Assembly: GCA_002269645.1 (NCBI GenBank)
Contig: NIVC01000317.1
Coordinates: 395,705-459,704, forward strand
DNA: 64,000 bases
Direction: 5' to 3'
Origin: Macrostomum lignano
Taxonomy: Eukaryota
Position numbers and translations under genes: made by a program. Positions 10,385-24,848 of this stretch are shown in pieces. Positions within the stretch are counted from its first letter, which is position 1; every line of letters begins with the position of its first letter. The notes beneath the pieces are model-generated. The model was given only the letters and a program-made list of their open reading frames with translations. It searched no databases and had not been told where the DNA came from.

Positions 10385-11045
10385 TCGTGAATTGTCTAGT
10401 TTGTGAACTGTCTAGTTTGTGAATTGTCTAGTTTGTGAATTGTCTAGTTTGTGAACTGTCTAGTTTGTGAATTATCTAGCTTGTGAACTGTCTAGTTTGT
10501 TAATTGTGTATTTTGTGAAGTGTCTAGTTTGTAAGTTTCTATTTTGTGAATTATATAGATTGTGAAGTGTTTAGTTTGTGAATTATATAGATTGTGAAGT
10601 GTCTAGTTTGTGAATTTTCTAGCTTGTGAATTGTCTAGTTTGTGAATTGTGTATTTTGTGAAGTGTCTAGTTTGTGAAGTGTTTAGTTTGTGAATTATAT
10701 AGATTGTGAAGTGTCTAGTTTGTGAATTTTCTAGCTTGTGAAGTGTCTAGTTTGTGAATTGTGTATTTTGTGAAGTGTCTAGTTTGTGAAGTGTTTAGTT
10801 TGTGAATTATATAGATTGTGAAGTGTCTAGTTTGTGAATTTTCTAGCTTGTGAAGTGTCTAGTTTGTGAATTTTCTAGCTTGTGAATTGTCTAGTTTGTG
10901 AATTGTGTATTTTGTGAAGTGTTTAGTTTGTGAATTATATAAGTTTGTGAAGTGTCTAATTTGGGAATTTTCTAGGTTGTTAATTGTATAGCTTGTGAAT
11001 TGTCTAGTTTGTGAATTGTATCGTTGTGAAGAGTCTAGTTTGTGA
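10385..11045. repeat. 16-bp minisatellite TGTGAA(G/T)TGTCTAGTT
   Basis: About 40 degenerate copies. Confidence 0.9.
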
Positions 11046-11489
11046 AAAAGCTTGTAAAATTTTGTAAAACTTTACTCAGACTCACATAGACTTTCAACTT
11101 CTTTAGATGATCAGATGTTGAGTTTCGTTCTAAAAGAATAATTATTGCGCTGCCGGTCCGGTCCGTCTTGAGTGCGCAACGAAAATAGCCGTCCGTTTCA
11201 AGAGTCCATTTATGACTGGGCCGCGAGCCCTTAGGCTCCAAAAACTGATCGCACCCCATTGGCTTTCAGACCGCCGGATCTTCAGCAAGTGTATAGGAAC
11301 TCATGTGAGTTTATTTTTAAACTTTCAATAATTTTAACCCAGCCCGAACCATCCTGCCGGCCCTCCGACGGTACGTCTGACAGACGGTGGTAATTAGAAA
11401 TGTGGACAAGGAGAACTGGATGTAATATCTGGACCGTGAATTGCAGAGAGATGGGGCACTGCGAGGTCCACGGGCGCTGGGCCATTAAA

Positions 11490-11990
11490 TTATCGATTGA
11501 TTTCTTATCTTCTCTCATCCCTCCAATTATCGATAACGATCGATAATCGATTGACTTCTCATCTTCTCTCATCCCTCCAATTATCGATAACGATCGATAA
11601 TCGATTGACTTCTCATCTTCTCTCATCTCTCCAATTATCGATAACGATCGATAATCGATTGACTTCTCATCTTCTCTCATCTCTCCAATTATCGATAACG
11701 ATCGATAATCGATTGACTTCTCATCTTCTCTCATCTCTCCAATTATCGACAATGATCGAGATTATCGATTGACTTCTCATCTTCTCTCATCCCTCCAATT
11801 ATCGTTTATCGATTGATTTCTCATCTTCTCTCATCCCTCCAATTATCGATTATCGATTGATTTCTCATCTTCTCTCATCCCCCAATTATAGATTATTGAT
11901 TAATTTCTCATCTTCTCTCATCCCTCAAATTATCGATAATGATCGATAATCGATTAATTTCTGATCTTCTCTCCTCCCTCTAGTTATCGA
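11490..11990. repeat. 54-bp minisatellite rich in ATCGAT
   Basis: CTCCAATTATCG recurs at 11521 and 11575 (period 54); shorter variants distally. Confidence 0.88.
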
Positions 11991-12666
11991 TAAGGATCAA
12001 TTATTGATTGATTTCTTATCTAAGATTCCTTTTGCCTTTCAAGGGTAATTTTCTAGATTTATTTATTTTCATTTGTCAGTTTTAACTTTACTATTTACTA
12101 TATTCAATTCTTATCAAAATCCTACGCCTAGCTGTAGATCCAACTCTCCTTGCACAGGTGGGGTGGGTAAGTTCTATTCAGCCATGCAGGAAGATCATCA
12201 GTCATTCACCTGGCGCCTTGACCCGGAGCCCGGGTTTCATAATTCACTTGTGAGTTGCTTTTTTTAGCCTGCCGGTGCCACCCCACTCCCCGATTATGGG
12301 GTGAATCTTGTCGCTGATGAGCACTTCATCTGGCGGGGAACCAGGCTATTGAGCTGGGGATGGGCTGCGGCACCTCTGATACGCCAGACTGATTGATAGT
12401 GCAAAAGATATTGCCGATATTTCAATGGAGTGTGATCGGGGACATTGCGAGTGACTGGGGTGTGATCGGGGCCATTTTAACAGATTGGGGTGTGATCCGG
12501 ACAAATATTATAGAAATTTCTAGTGCAAAGGGCGTGGCTGCAAAAAGAATTTTTCTTGACGGTTTTGAATAGAAAATGCGCGCTTCAGATTTCCAAAGAA
12601 GTCTGCCAGCCAAATCCACTGCCAGTCGCGATAATAAGTCTCACCTTGACAGAACGCGTGAAAACA

Positions 12667-15666
<3,000 letters not shown>

Positions 15667-15959
15667 CACATTGTCAAGAGACTCTGGATGCGGGAGCCGC
15701 ATCTGGACGGGGACTGTATCCAGAAAATCAATTTGATTAGACTCTTTTTAGATTACCAAAGAGCAGCCCGCATTGTGCCTCTGACATTTTGACAAAGGAA
15801 ACGATTTATGCTGGCAGTTTGAGGCTCTGAGTGATTACTTCTATCTCTTGTATTTCATAGACAAATGCCACCTGCTGAGGTGAATTCTGCTGCTAATTCA
15901 GTGGCAATTCAAAGCGATCAGAAGTGTCTGCCATGTGCGCAATTTTGGAAACTGCCAAC

Positions 15960-16305
15960 TTTGTCTGTCTGTAAGCGCTACATGCTGTAAACTGTATCTG
16001 TCTGTAGGCACTGTGTGCTGTAAACTGTATTTGTCAGTAGGCACTGTATGCTGTAAACTGTATTTGACTGTAGGCACTGTGTGCTGTAAACTGTATTTGT
16101 CTGTAGGCACTGTGTGCTGTAAACTGTATTTGTCTGTAGGCACTGTATGCTGTAAACTGTATCTGTCTGTAGGCACAGTGTGCTGTAAACTGTATTTGTC
16201 TGTAGGCACTGTATGCTGTAAACTGTATCTGTCTGTAGGCACAGTGTGCTGTAAACTGTATTTGTCTGTAGGCACAGTGTGCTGTAAACTGTATTTGTCT
16301 GTATC
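15960..16305. repeat. 39-bp minisatellite (…GTCTGTAGGCACTGTGTGCTGTAAACTGTATTT…)
   Basis: About 9 copies. Confidence 0.93.
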
Positions 16306-16588
16306 GTAGGCTGTACTGCATCAATATAGTTTAATAAATATTTTTTTCTATTTAAAGTAAAATTTCCAATTCACAGAAAACAACCCCACCTTTCAGATGT
16401 CCACTGTAATTATATATGATCACTGTATGTACACTACTTATTAAACGTATACACACTGCATTGTCATTGTTTAGTGTCAGTCCAGCTCAGTAAAACAAAC
16501 GAAGGATTTGTTAATTCAAGTAATTTGTCCTGTTGCTCCATTATTTGCACAGCGCTAACTGTTTCTGAAGTCCGCGCTTCATTGCGCG

Positions 16589-16598
16589 TCAGCCCATT
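16589..16598 (-). CDS. RIRM-amide neuropeptide precursor C, terminal micro-exon (R-M-G-stop)
   Basis: attgaatttcag|A ATG GGC TGA; the same ATG GGC TGA as paralog D. Confidence 0.72.
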
Positions 16599-16686
16599 CT
16601 GAAATTCAATGGTTCATTTATCATATTACTGCCAGTAGGGTGCAACAAATATGTTGAAAATAAGTTTTAAGCTCTACTATTGGAAC

Positions 16687-16791
16687 CTGATTCGTTCTCG
16701 GAGAAATCTGTATCTTGCGTACGACTGCCTGAGCAACTCCATCAGCCGCTCAGCTTCTGACTGCCCTCTGCGACCGCGGCTAAACAGCTCG
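16687..16791 (-). CDS. RIRM-amide neuropeptide precursor C, exon 2 (GRR cleavage site and mature peptide)
   Basis: ttttcatttcag|C GAG: ELFSRGRR|GQSEAERLMELLRQSYARYRFLRERI-R; donor ATC AG|gttcca in the Arg codon. Confidence 0.75.
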
Positions 16792-16804
16792 CTGAAATGA
16801 AAAG

Positions 16805-17690
16805 GTGTGAGCAGGTCTCAGGTGTGAGAGTGAGCAGGTCTCAGGTGTGAGAGTGAGCAGGTCTCAGGTGTGAGAGTGAGCAGGTCTCAGGTGTGAGAGT
16901 GAGCAGGTCTCAGGTGTGAGAGTGAGCAGGTCTCAGGTGTGAGAGTGAGCAGGTCTCAGGTGTGAGAGTGAGCAGGTCTCAGGTGTGAGAGTGAGCAGGT
17001 CTCAGGTGTGAGAGTGAGCAGGTCTCAGGTGTGAGAGTGAGCAGGTCTCAGGTGTGAGAGTGAGCAGGTCTCAGGTGTGAGAGTGAGCAGGTCTCAGGTG
17101 TGAGAGTGAGCAGGTCTCAGGTGTGAGAGTGAGCAGGTATCAGGTGTGGGAGTGAGCAGGTCTCAGGTGTGAGAGTGAGCAGGTCTCAGGTGTGAGAGTG
17201 AGCAGGTCTCAGGTGTGAGAGTGAGCAGGTCTCAGGTGTGAGAGTGAGCAGGTCTCAGGTGTGAGAGTGAGCAGGTCTCAGGTATGAGAGTGAGCAGGTC
17301 TCAGGTGTGGGAGTGAGCAGGTATCAGGTGTGGGAGTGAGCAGGTCTCAGGTGTGAGAGTGAGCAGGTCTCAGGTGTGAGAGTGAGCAGGTCTCAGGTGT
17401 GAGAGTGAGCAGGTCTCAGGTGTGAGAGTGAGCAGGTCTCAGGTGTGAGAGTGAGCAGGTATCAGGTGTGAGAGTGAGCAGGTCTCAGATGTGAGAGTGA
17501 GCAGGTCTCAAGTGTGAGAGTGAGCAGGTATCAGGTGTGAGAGTGAGTAGGTCTCAGGTGTGAGAGTGAGCAGGTCTCAGGTGTGAGAGTGAGCAAGTCT
17601 CAAGTGTGAGAGTGAGCAGGTCTCAAGTGTGAGAGTGAGCAGGTCTCAAGTGTGAGAGTGAGCAGGTCTCAAGTGTCAGAGTGAGCACGC
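16805..17690. repeat. 23-bp minisatellite GTGAGCAGGTCTCAGGTGTGAGA in precursor C intron 1
   Basis: About 38 highly homogeneous copies. Confidence 0.96.
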
Positions 17691-17749
17691 CTCAGGTTTG
17701 AGAGTTGGAGCGACTATTTTAGCACTGTTTGAATGAGCCATTAATTTAC

Positions 17750-17919
17750 CCAGTTGCCATGGCAACGCCGCTGTCCCTGAGCGACATCGCACGAGCCATC
17801 CCAGCTGCCGGTTCCGCCCTGAACGCCAGCTGGGGTGCCGGCTGGCCCAGCAGCAGCAGCCACAGCAGCAGACGCAGCGGAAGCAGAGCCCCATTGAATC
17901 GGTGACCAGAGCGGGCCAT
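17750..17919 (-). CDS. RIRM-amide neuropeptide precursor C, exon 1 (signal peptide/propeptide)
   Basis: cttcag|ttccagcATG: MARSGHRFNGALLPLRLLLWLLLLGQPAPQLAFRAEPAAGMARAMSLRDSGVAMAT-G; donor GG|gtaaat, phase 2. Confidence 0.72.
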
Positions 17920-18223
17920 GCTGGAACTGAAGCAGATTCGGGTTTTGTTATTCGGGTTGCATGTAATTTCAGTTTTACAGTCTTTGCTTATGAAATGAAA
18001 ATTAAAACACTTAAATTTGCTTTTTTGAAGCAAGTGTAGCTGTGAGATCAGCAGTGTCCTCTTGTTTTATATTTTCATTAATTCATCAGCAGCGTTCTAC
18101 CACATCGAGTTTGTTGCAATTTGGGATTTCTGTAATAGCAGGAAGTTGCAATCAGTGGTCGATCTCGAGTACAAAGGCTTCCCTGGCTGCACTGGGTTCC
18201 TTCCGGCTTGCTTGGCTCCATCT

Positions 18224-18233
18224 TCAGCCCATG
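18224..18233 (-). CDS. RIRM-amide neuropeptide precursor D, terminal micro-exon (R-M-G-stop)
   Basis: cctgatcctcattgcag|C ATG GGC TGA. Confidence 0.72.
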
Positions 18234-18339
18234 CTGCAATGAGGATCAGGGATATTGATTGACAACTGTGACCCCCGACTTTCCTGTTGGCTTGTCCGGT
18301 TTAATCATCACCTGTTTACTGTGTGAGCACTTTCCTGTC

Positions 18340-18905
18340 TGCAGTGTAAACACCCTCTGTCTACAGTGTAAACACCCCTGTCTACAGTGTAAACATCCCT
18401 GTCTACAGTGTAAACACCCTGTCTACAGTGTAAACACCCCTGTCTACAGTGTAAACATCCCTGTCTACAGTGTAAACACCCCCTGTCTACAGTGTAAACA
18501 CCCCTGTCTACAGTTTAAACACCCCTGTCTACAGTTTAAACACCTTTATCTACAGTGTAAACATCCCTGTCTACAGTGTAAACACCCCTGTCTACAGTTT
18601 AAACACCCTCTGTCTACAGTGTAAACACCCCTGTCTACAGTGTAAACACCCCCTGTCTACAGTGTAAACACCCCTGTCTACAGTTTAAACACCCCTGTCT
18701 ACAGTTTAAACACCTTTGTCTACAGTGTAAACATCCCTGTCTACAGTGTAAACATCCCTGTCTACAGTGTAAACACCCCCTGTCTACAGTGTAAACACCC
18801 CTGTCTACAGTTTAAACACCTCTGTCTACAGTGTAAACGCCCCTGTCTACAGTGTAAACACCTCATGTTTACAGTTTAAACACTCCTGTTTAAAGTGTAA
18901 ACACC
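18340..18905. repeat. ~21-bp minisatellite TGTCTACAGTGTAAACACCCC in the last intron of precursor D
   Basis: About 27 copies. Confidence 0.95.
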
Positions 18906-18919
18906 GCAGCGGCTCTCAC

Positions 18920-19027
18920 CGAATCCGCTGGGTCAAGAAGTCATTCTTGGCTTTGAAGTCGGCCAGCTTGGCCAGCAGACGGGCCGCATTGAAGTCATTC
19001 GAGCCGCTGCGCTTCCATTCGGCCACG
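18920..19027 (-). CDS. RIRM-amide neuropeptide precursor D, exon 2 (KR cleavage site and mature peptide)
   Basis: aaaacag|C GTG: VAEWKR|SGSNDFNAARLLAKLADFKAKNDFLTQRI-R; donor CG|gtgaga, phase 2; 108 nt. Confidence 0.8.
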
Positions 19028-19295
19028 CTGTTTTTATTTTAAAATACATAAACTCTCATTAGACTACTATAACTGAGTAGTGCAAAACAAATTACGCTCT
19101 TAAACATCAGTTTCTAAAAGACAAAAAATGAAACTGAAAACTCAAACTGAAACAAAACCCCATGATTTCTATAATTTGAAGGTTTTGGGCAGCCCCAGTC
19201 GCTAGGCATCATGAAATGGGCTGGCTCAGAAGTACTAAAAATGACCAAAAATCGCTGAACCCCGCCTCAAAGGCCGAAGACAGAGCAGGACTCAC

Positions 19296-19474
19296 TTGAA
19301 ATTCGCCTGCTCGGCGGGATGGTAGGAGCCGTTGGGCACCGCCAGGTCGGCCTCGGAAGGCGCATAGCGATAGGCCGCGTCGCGAGGCCGCGAGGGCGCC
19401 GCCTGAGCCAGCTGGAGGCTCAGCAGCAGCAGCAGCACCAGCGGCGCAGCTTTGCAGGTTCCTTTGACGGGCAT
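19296..19474 (-). CDS. RIRM-amide neuropeptide precursor D, exon 1 (signal peptide/propeptide)
   Basis: MPVKGTCKAAPLVLLLLLSLQLAQA-APSRPRDAAYRYAPSEADLAVPNGSYHPAEQANF; donor AA|gtgagt, phase 2. Confidence 0.8.
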
Positions 19475-19559
19475 CTTGTTGCTTTTTTAGTTTCTTGACT
19501 TGTCTGCGAAATAGACCAGTTTGTGCAGGGGCTTCAACTCCACTGGGTGGGCCTTCTGA

Positions 19560-20537
19560 GGGACAAGAGAGGGAGGGACAAGAGACCAGGACAAGGACAA
19601 GGACAAGGACAAGGGACAAGAGGAGGGACTCCCTCTCTTGTCCCTCCCTCTCTTGTCCCTCACTCTCTTGTCCTCCTCTCTTGTCCCTCCCTCTCTTGTC
19701 CCTCACTCTCTTGTCCCTCCCTCTCTTGTCCCTCCCTCTCTTGTCCCTCCTCTCTTGTCCCTCCCTCTCTTGTCCCTCCCTCTCTTGTCCCTCCCTCTCT
19801 TGTCCCTCCCTCTCTTGTCCCTCTCTCTTGTCCCTCCCTCTCTTGTCCCTCTCTCTTGTCCCTCCCTCTCTTGTCCCTCCCTCTCTTGTCCCTCCCTCTC
19901 TTGTCCCTCTCTCTTGTCCCTCCCTCTCTTGTCCCTCACTCTCTTGTCCCTCCCTCTCTTGTCCCTCCTCTCTTGTCCCTCCTCTCTTGTCCCTCCCTCT
20001 CTTGTCCCTCCCTCTCTTGTCCCTCCCTCTCTTGTCCCTCCCTCTCTTGTCCCTCCCTCTCTTGTCCCTCCCTCTCTTGTCCCTCCCTCTCTTGTCCCTC
20101 CCTCTCTTGTCCCTCTCTCTTGTCCCTCCCTCTCTTGTCCCTCCCTCTCTTGTCCCTCCCTCTCTTGTCCCTCCCTCTCTTGTCCCTCACTCTCTTGTCC
20201 CTCCCTCTCTTGTCCCTCCCTCTCTTGTCCCTCCTCTCTTGTCCCTCCCTCTCTTGTCCCTCCCTCTCTTGTCCCTCCCTCTCTTGTCCCTCCCTCTCTT
20301 GTCCCTCCCTCTCTTGTCCCTCTCTCTTGTCCCTCCCTCTCTTGTCCCTCTCTCTTGTCCCTCCCTCTCTTGTCCCTCCCTCTCTTGTCCCTCCCTCTCT
20401 TGTCCCTCTCTCTTGTCCCTCACTCTCTTGTCCCTCACTCTCTTGTCCCTCCCTCTCTTGTCCCTCCCTCTCTTGTCCCTCCTCTCTTGTCCCTCCCTCT
20501 CTTGTCCCTCCCTCTCTTGTCCCTCCCTCTCTTGTCC
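19560..20537. repeat. 12-15 bp pyrimidine-rich minisatellite CTCTCTTGTCCCTCC
   Basis: Direct inspection; its first units are on the opposite strand (GGACAAG…). Confidence 0.95.
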
Positions 20538-20919
20538 GACTGAGAGATGGAGCTCAGTCGGACCTTCTGAGCTAAGCTTCGGTAGCAAACGAATTAATCT
20601 TCAGATCCAGTTTCTTAGCGCCGCATGGCTTGCCCGCAGAGGTTCCCATTATGTTATTCTACTGAAAATGTTCGGCCAGCCTTACCTTTAAGCTGATATG
20701 CAGAAGGTTCTGTTTCAACAGAGAATTTGAGTTTTTTCTTGTCTGAAAAACTGTTGAAGGCGAAGACAGATCTCGGAGTTGGGCGAGAATTTATCCAGAA
20801 ACGAGTGGAGAATCTGGGAGCGGCTCAGTTGGCCAATCACAGATCAGAGACCAAATAAGACTCTGGCTTTCGGGTGATGATGATTTTGTTTCTGACTGAG
20901 GAACGAAGACTGAGAAGGA

Positions 20920-21325
20920 GAAAGAGGGGGGAGAGGGGGAGCGAGAGGGAGAGCGAGAGAGAGAGAGCGAGAGAGAGAGAGCGAGAGAGAGAGAGCGAGA
21001 GAGAGAGAGAGCGAGAGAGAGAGCGAGAGAGAGAGCAAGAGAGAGAGAGAGAGCGAGAGAGAGAGAGAGAGCGAGAGAGAGAGCGAGAGAGAGAGCGAGA
21101 GAGAGCGCGAGAGAGAGCGAGAGAAAGAGAGCGAGAGAGAGAGCGAGAGAGAGAGCGAGAGAGAGAGCGAGAGAGAGAGCGAGAGAAAGAGAGCGAGAGA
21201 GAGAGCGAGAGAGAGAGCGAGAGAGAGAGCGAGAGAGAGAGCGAGAGAGAGAGCGAGAGAGAGAGCGAGAAGGAGAGAGAACGCGAGAGAGTGGGGGAAA
21301 GAGAGAGAGAGCGAGAGCGAGAGAA
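20920..21325. repeat. (GA)n / GAGC microsatellite
   Basis: Direct inspection. Confidence 0.95.
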
Positions 21326-21367
21326 GTCACTGCGTGTCGAGTTATTGTAATTATTTGTCGACCGGTT

Positions 21368-21533
21368 TCAACCCCCGAGGCTCTTCGTCAAGTCAGAAGA
21401 GGGAAGAGATCCCTTCCCAATCAGTTTGGGTGATGACAGGAGCTCCACGCGAGTCGCACAGCGGTTGTCAAACTCCGACAGCATCCGGCACAGCACCGAC
21501 CTCAGCCGGTCTCGGTTTGTCAGCTTAATTGGG
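21368..21533 (-). CDS. Candidate orphan terminal exon
   Basis: Strong pyrimidine tract tttcttctactctttcctaag| followed by PIKLTNRDRLRSVLCRMLSEFDNRCATRVELLSSPKLIGKGSLPSSDLTKSLGG*; no upstream partner exon identified. Confidence 0.25.
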
Positions 21534-21904
21534 CTTAGGAAAGAGTAGAAGAAAGGAAAATACAAGACAGACAGACGGACAGAGAAGGGTACAGAGAAGT
21601 GCAGAGCTTCATTTTATGTTTTTCTGTTTTGTCTGAACGGAGAATCGAAAGATGAAAACAAAATAATTCGAGGCCTTTCATTCCGCGTGGCTTGCAAAGA
21701 GTGACAAGATAATCTGTGATTGTGATTTAGGTCTCAAGTTCAGTGACTTTAATCTAGCGGGGGGCGGGTGACCCCTGATGCACCTGCTTTTGTTGACGTC
21801 TTTCACTGTGTTGATTCAGCGTGGGCGGCTGAGGCCGAGTCAGTTTCTGTTTAGGAAAATTAGGGCTCATTTTCAGGTCGACTCACCCAATTGACTCATC
21901 CAAT

Positions 21905-22420
21905 CGGTGAGTCGACAAGTTGGTGATTCGACCGTCGATGCTAAGTTGGTGAATCGGTGCGTCGATAAGTTAGTGAATCGACAAGTCGATGCTAAGTTGG
22001 TGAATCGGTGAGTCGATAAGTTGGTGAATCGGTGAGTCAGTGAAGAGTTGGTGAATCGGTGAGTCAGTGATGAGTTGGTGAATCGGTGAGTCAGTGATGA
22101 GTTGGTGAATCGGTGAGTCAGTGAAGAGTTAGTTAATCGGTGAGTCAGTGAAGAGTTGGTGAATCGGTGAGTCAGTGATGAGTTGGTGAGTCGGTGAGTC
22201 AGTGAAGAGTTGGTGAATCGGAGAGTCAGTGATGAGTTGGTGAATCGGTGAGTCAGTGATGAGTTGGTGAATCGGTGAGTCAGTGAAGAGTTAGTGAATC
22301 GGTGAGTCAGTGAAGAGTTGGTGAATCGGAGAGTCGATAAGTTGGTGAATCGGTGAGTCAGTGATGAGTTGGTGAGTCGGTGAGTCAGTGAAGAGTTGGT
22401 GAATCGGAGAGTCGATACTG
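21905..22420. repeat. 27-bp minisatellite GAGTTGGTGAATCGGTGAGTCAGTGAA
   Basis: About 19 copies with 24-bp variants. Confidence 0.93.
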
Positions 22421-22866
22421 AATTAGTGAAAGCAATGGGATCCATTATTTGAAATCCAGCAGTCAGGGAGAGATGCCCCGTCTGTAATCTTGAATTTTAG
22501 ATTTTCCAGAATCCAAAATTGAGCACATCAGTGAAATGCAAATCACTGGAATTGAAAATTCCGATTCGAACCCGCGTCCCTCAGCCAGCATGTTCGGCTG
22601 GTGGGAGTCAGGGCTTGCATCCGAAATTAGGAGAGGGGGGTTAACGGACCAGACCGAGTTCACGCGTGCCGCCGCATCTTAAGAGACTCCGTCGTGTCTC
22701 ATCGAATATTCCCCCCCCCCTGCCGATTTAATATTCGATTTACCTTTGTTCCCAAAATTGGGATCTTGTCGGGACTTGAATCTCCAATTGCTTGCGGGAG
22801 AGATGCGACTGGAATTAATGCGGGGAGGAATTGCTGTTCGGTTTCACAGGGCTCACTGAGACTCAT

Positions 22867-23525
22867 TGAGTGAGTGAATGAGTGAGTGAGTGAGTGAGTG
22901 AGTGAGTGAGTGTGTGAGTGAGTGAGTGTCTGAGTGAGTGAGTGAGTGAGTGAGTGAGTGAGTGAGTGAGTGAGTGAGTGAGTGAGTGAGTGAGTGAGTG
23001 AGTGAGTGAGTGAGTGAGTGAGTGAGTGAGTGAGTGAGTGAGTGAGTGAGTGAGTGAGTGAGTGAGTGAGTGAGTGAGTGAGTGAGTGAGTGAGTGAGTG
23101 AGTGAGTGAGTGAGTGAGTGAGTGAGTGAGTGAGTGAGTGAGTGAGTGAGTGAGTGAGTGAGTGAGTGAGTGAGTGAGTGAGTGAGTGAGTGAGTGAGTG
23201 AGTGAGTGAGTGAGTGAGTGAGTGAGTGAGTGAGTGAGTGAGTGAGTGAGTGAGTGAGTGAGTGAGTGAGTGAGTGAGTGAGTGAGTGAGTGAGTGAGTG
23301 AGTGAGTGAGTGAGTGAGTGAGTGAGTGAGTGAGTGAGTGAGTGAGTGAGTGAGTGAGTGAGTGAGTGAGTGAGTGAGTGAGTGAGTGAGTGAGTGAGTG
23401 AGTGAGTGAGTGAGTGAGTGAGTGAGTGAGTGAGTGAGTGAGTGAGTGAGTGAGTGAGTGAGTGAGTGAGTGAGTGAGTGAGTGAGTGAGTGAGTGAGTG
23501 AGTGAGTGAGTGAGTGAGTGAGTGA
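22867..23525. repeat. (GAGT)n microsatellite
   Basis: Nearly pure array of about 660 bp. Confidence 0.98.
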
Positions 23526-24319
23526 AATTTAGTCATGCCAAATCATAGGAAGCCGCACAAAAGTAAGTTAAATGCCTGAGCAGACAGAGTAAATGAATTA
23601 CTGATGCATGAGTTGCATGTATACCATGAGGTCTATATTGCTTTATTCACAAGTCTGTCAGTGCAAGCTGTCTATTTTACTGAAATAAACAAAGATAATT
23701 CGCTTACATATTCTCAGAATTTGCAACAAAATTGCAGTGCATATCAAAGAAAATCTGTGAGAAGCTCAGGACTTTGAATAAATTATTATTGTTATAGAGG
23801 TACTGCGCTCGTTCACAAAAGTAGTCAGTAGTGAGGGGCATTATTCACATTAGTTATTTACAGTTCTTTGTGGTGGTACAGTTTTACAATGGCAATCCAA
23901 CAGACTTCGACCATTGCTAATATTTTAGTTAATAAAAATACTTACACTCAATAAGGTGTATATCACCGATTCGTAATCAGGCCAGCATTATCCTAGGGAC
24001 GGGGCAAGCGGCGGTTAAGCAAGCAGATCGAATGAATCCGAGGCAGAGAAAAAAACTGCTTTAAAAGCGCCAACTACGAATGTTTACAGCAGCAAACCTG
24101 TGCATTGTTTTTACTGCGTCTACTGACAAGTAGGATGAAAGCGCATGAACTGATAAACTATAAAAATCTCGTTGATTGCGGCAGGAAGAAGTAAAATCGA
24201 CAAGCTGGCGAAGTGGGCGGCATCAAAATTGGAAAGGTTTTTACTAAGATTAAATATTGAGCGCCTTGAACTTCTAAGGAAATTCTTTGACTCTACCATG
24301 CCACTGATTTAAGGTTAGG

Positions 24320-24740
24320 AAAGCTCTTAGCCGCCAATTCAATTTAGCATCCACCTCACGCCACGACACCCACCCCAACCCCGTAGGCCAGCCGCCAATT
24401 CAATTTAGCACACACCCACTCCAACCCCGTAGGCCAGCCGCCGATTCCGTATAGCACCCACCTCACGCCACGGCACCCACTCCAACCCCGTAGGCCAGCC
24501 GCCAATTCAATTTAGCACCCACCCACTCCAACCCCGTAGGCCAGCCGCCAATTCAATTTAGCACCCACCCACTCCAACCCCGTAGGCCAGCCGCCAATTC
24601 AATTTAGCACCCACCCACTCCAACCCCGTAGGCCAGCCGCCAATTCCGTTTAGCACCCACCTCACACACCGACACCCACCTCGACATTGTAGGCCAGTCA
24701 CCAATTTAATTTAACACCCACCTCACACCCTGACACTCAT
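24320..24740. repeat. 46-59 bp minisatellite (CCAACCCCGTAGGCCAGCCGCCAATTCAATTTAGCACCCACCCACT)
   Basis: About 8 copies just 3' of the GFR-like stop codon. Confidence 0.9.
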
Positions 24741-24848
24741 TGACCTCCGCTCCTTAATTCAGTCATCAGTCTATAATACTTTTAAAAGTTCTTGAAACTA
24801 CCAGCCGCTCAAAATTCAACCTCAGTATCAATATTTCCACGCGGCGGC

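Noticed and set aside
15683-15710. Hairpin GATGCGG-GAG-CCGCATC beside the GATA array
   Set aside because: A single 7-bp stem is expected by chance in 64 kb, and there is no supporting element structure.
19495-20691. Cys/Pro/Leu-rich ORFs, and similar ORFs at 22853, 29650, 48279-49371, 50367-51622, 57324 and 62194
   Set aside because: All are translations of simple repeats.
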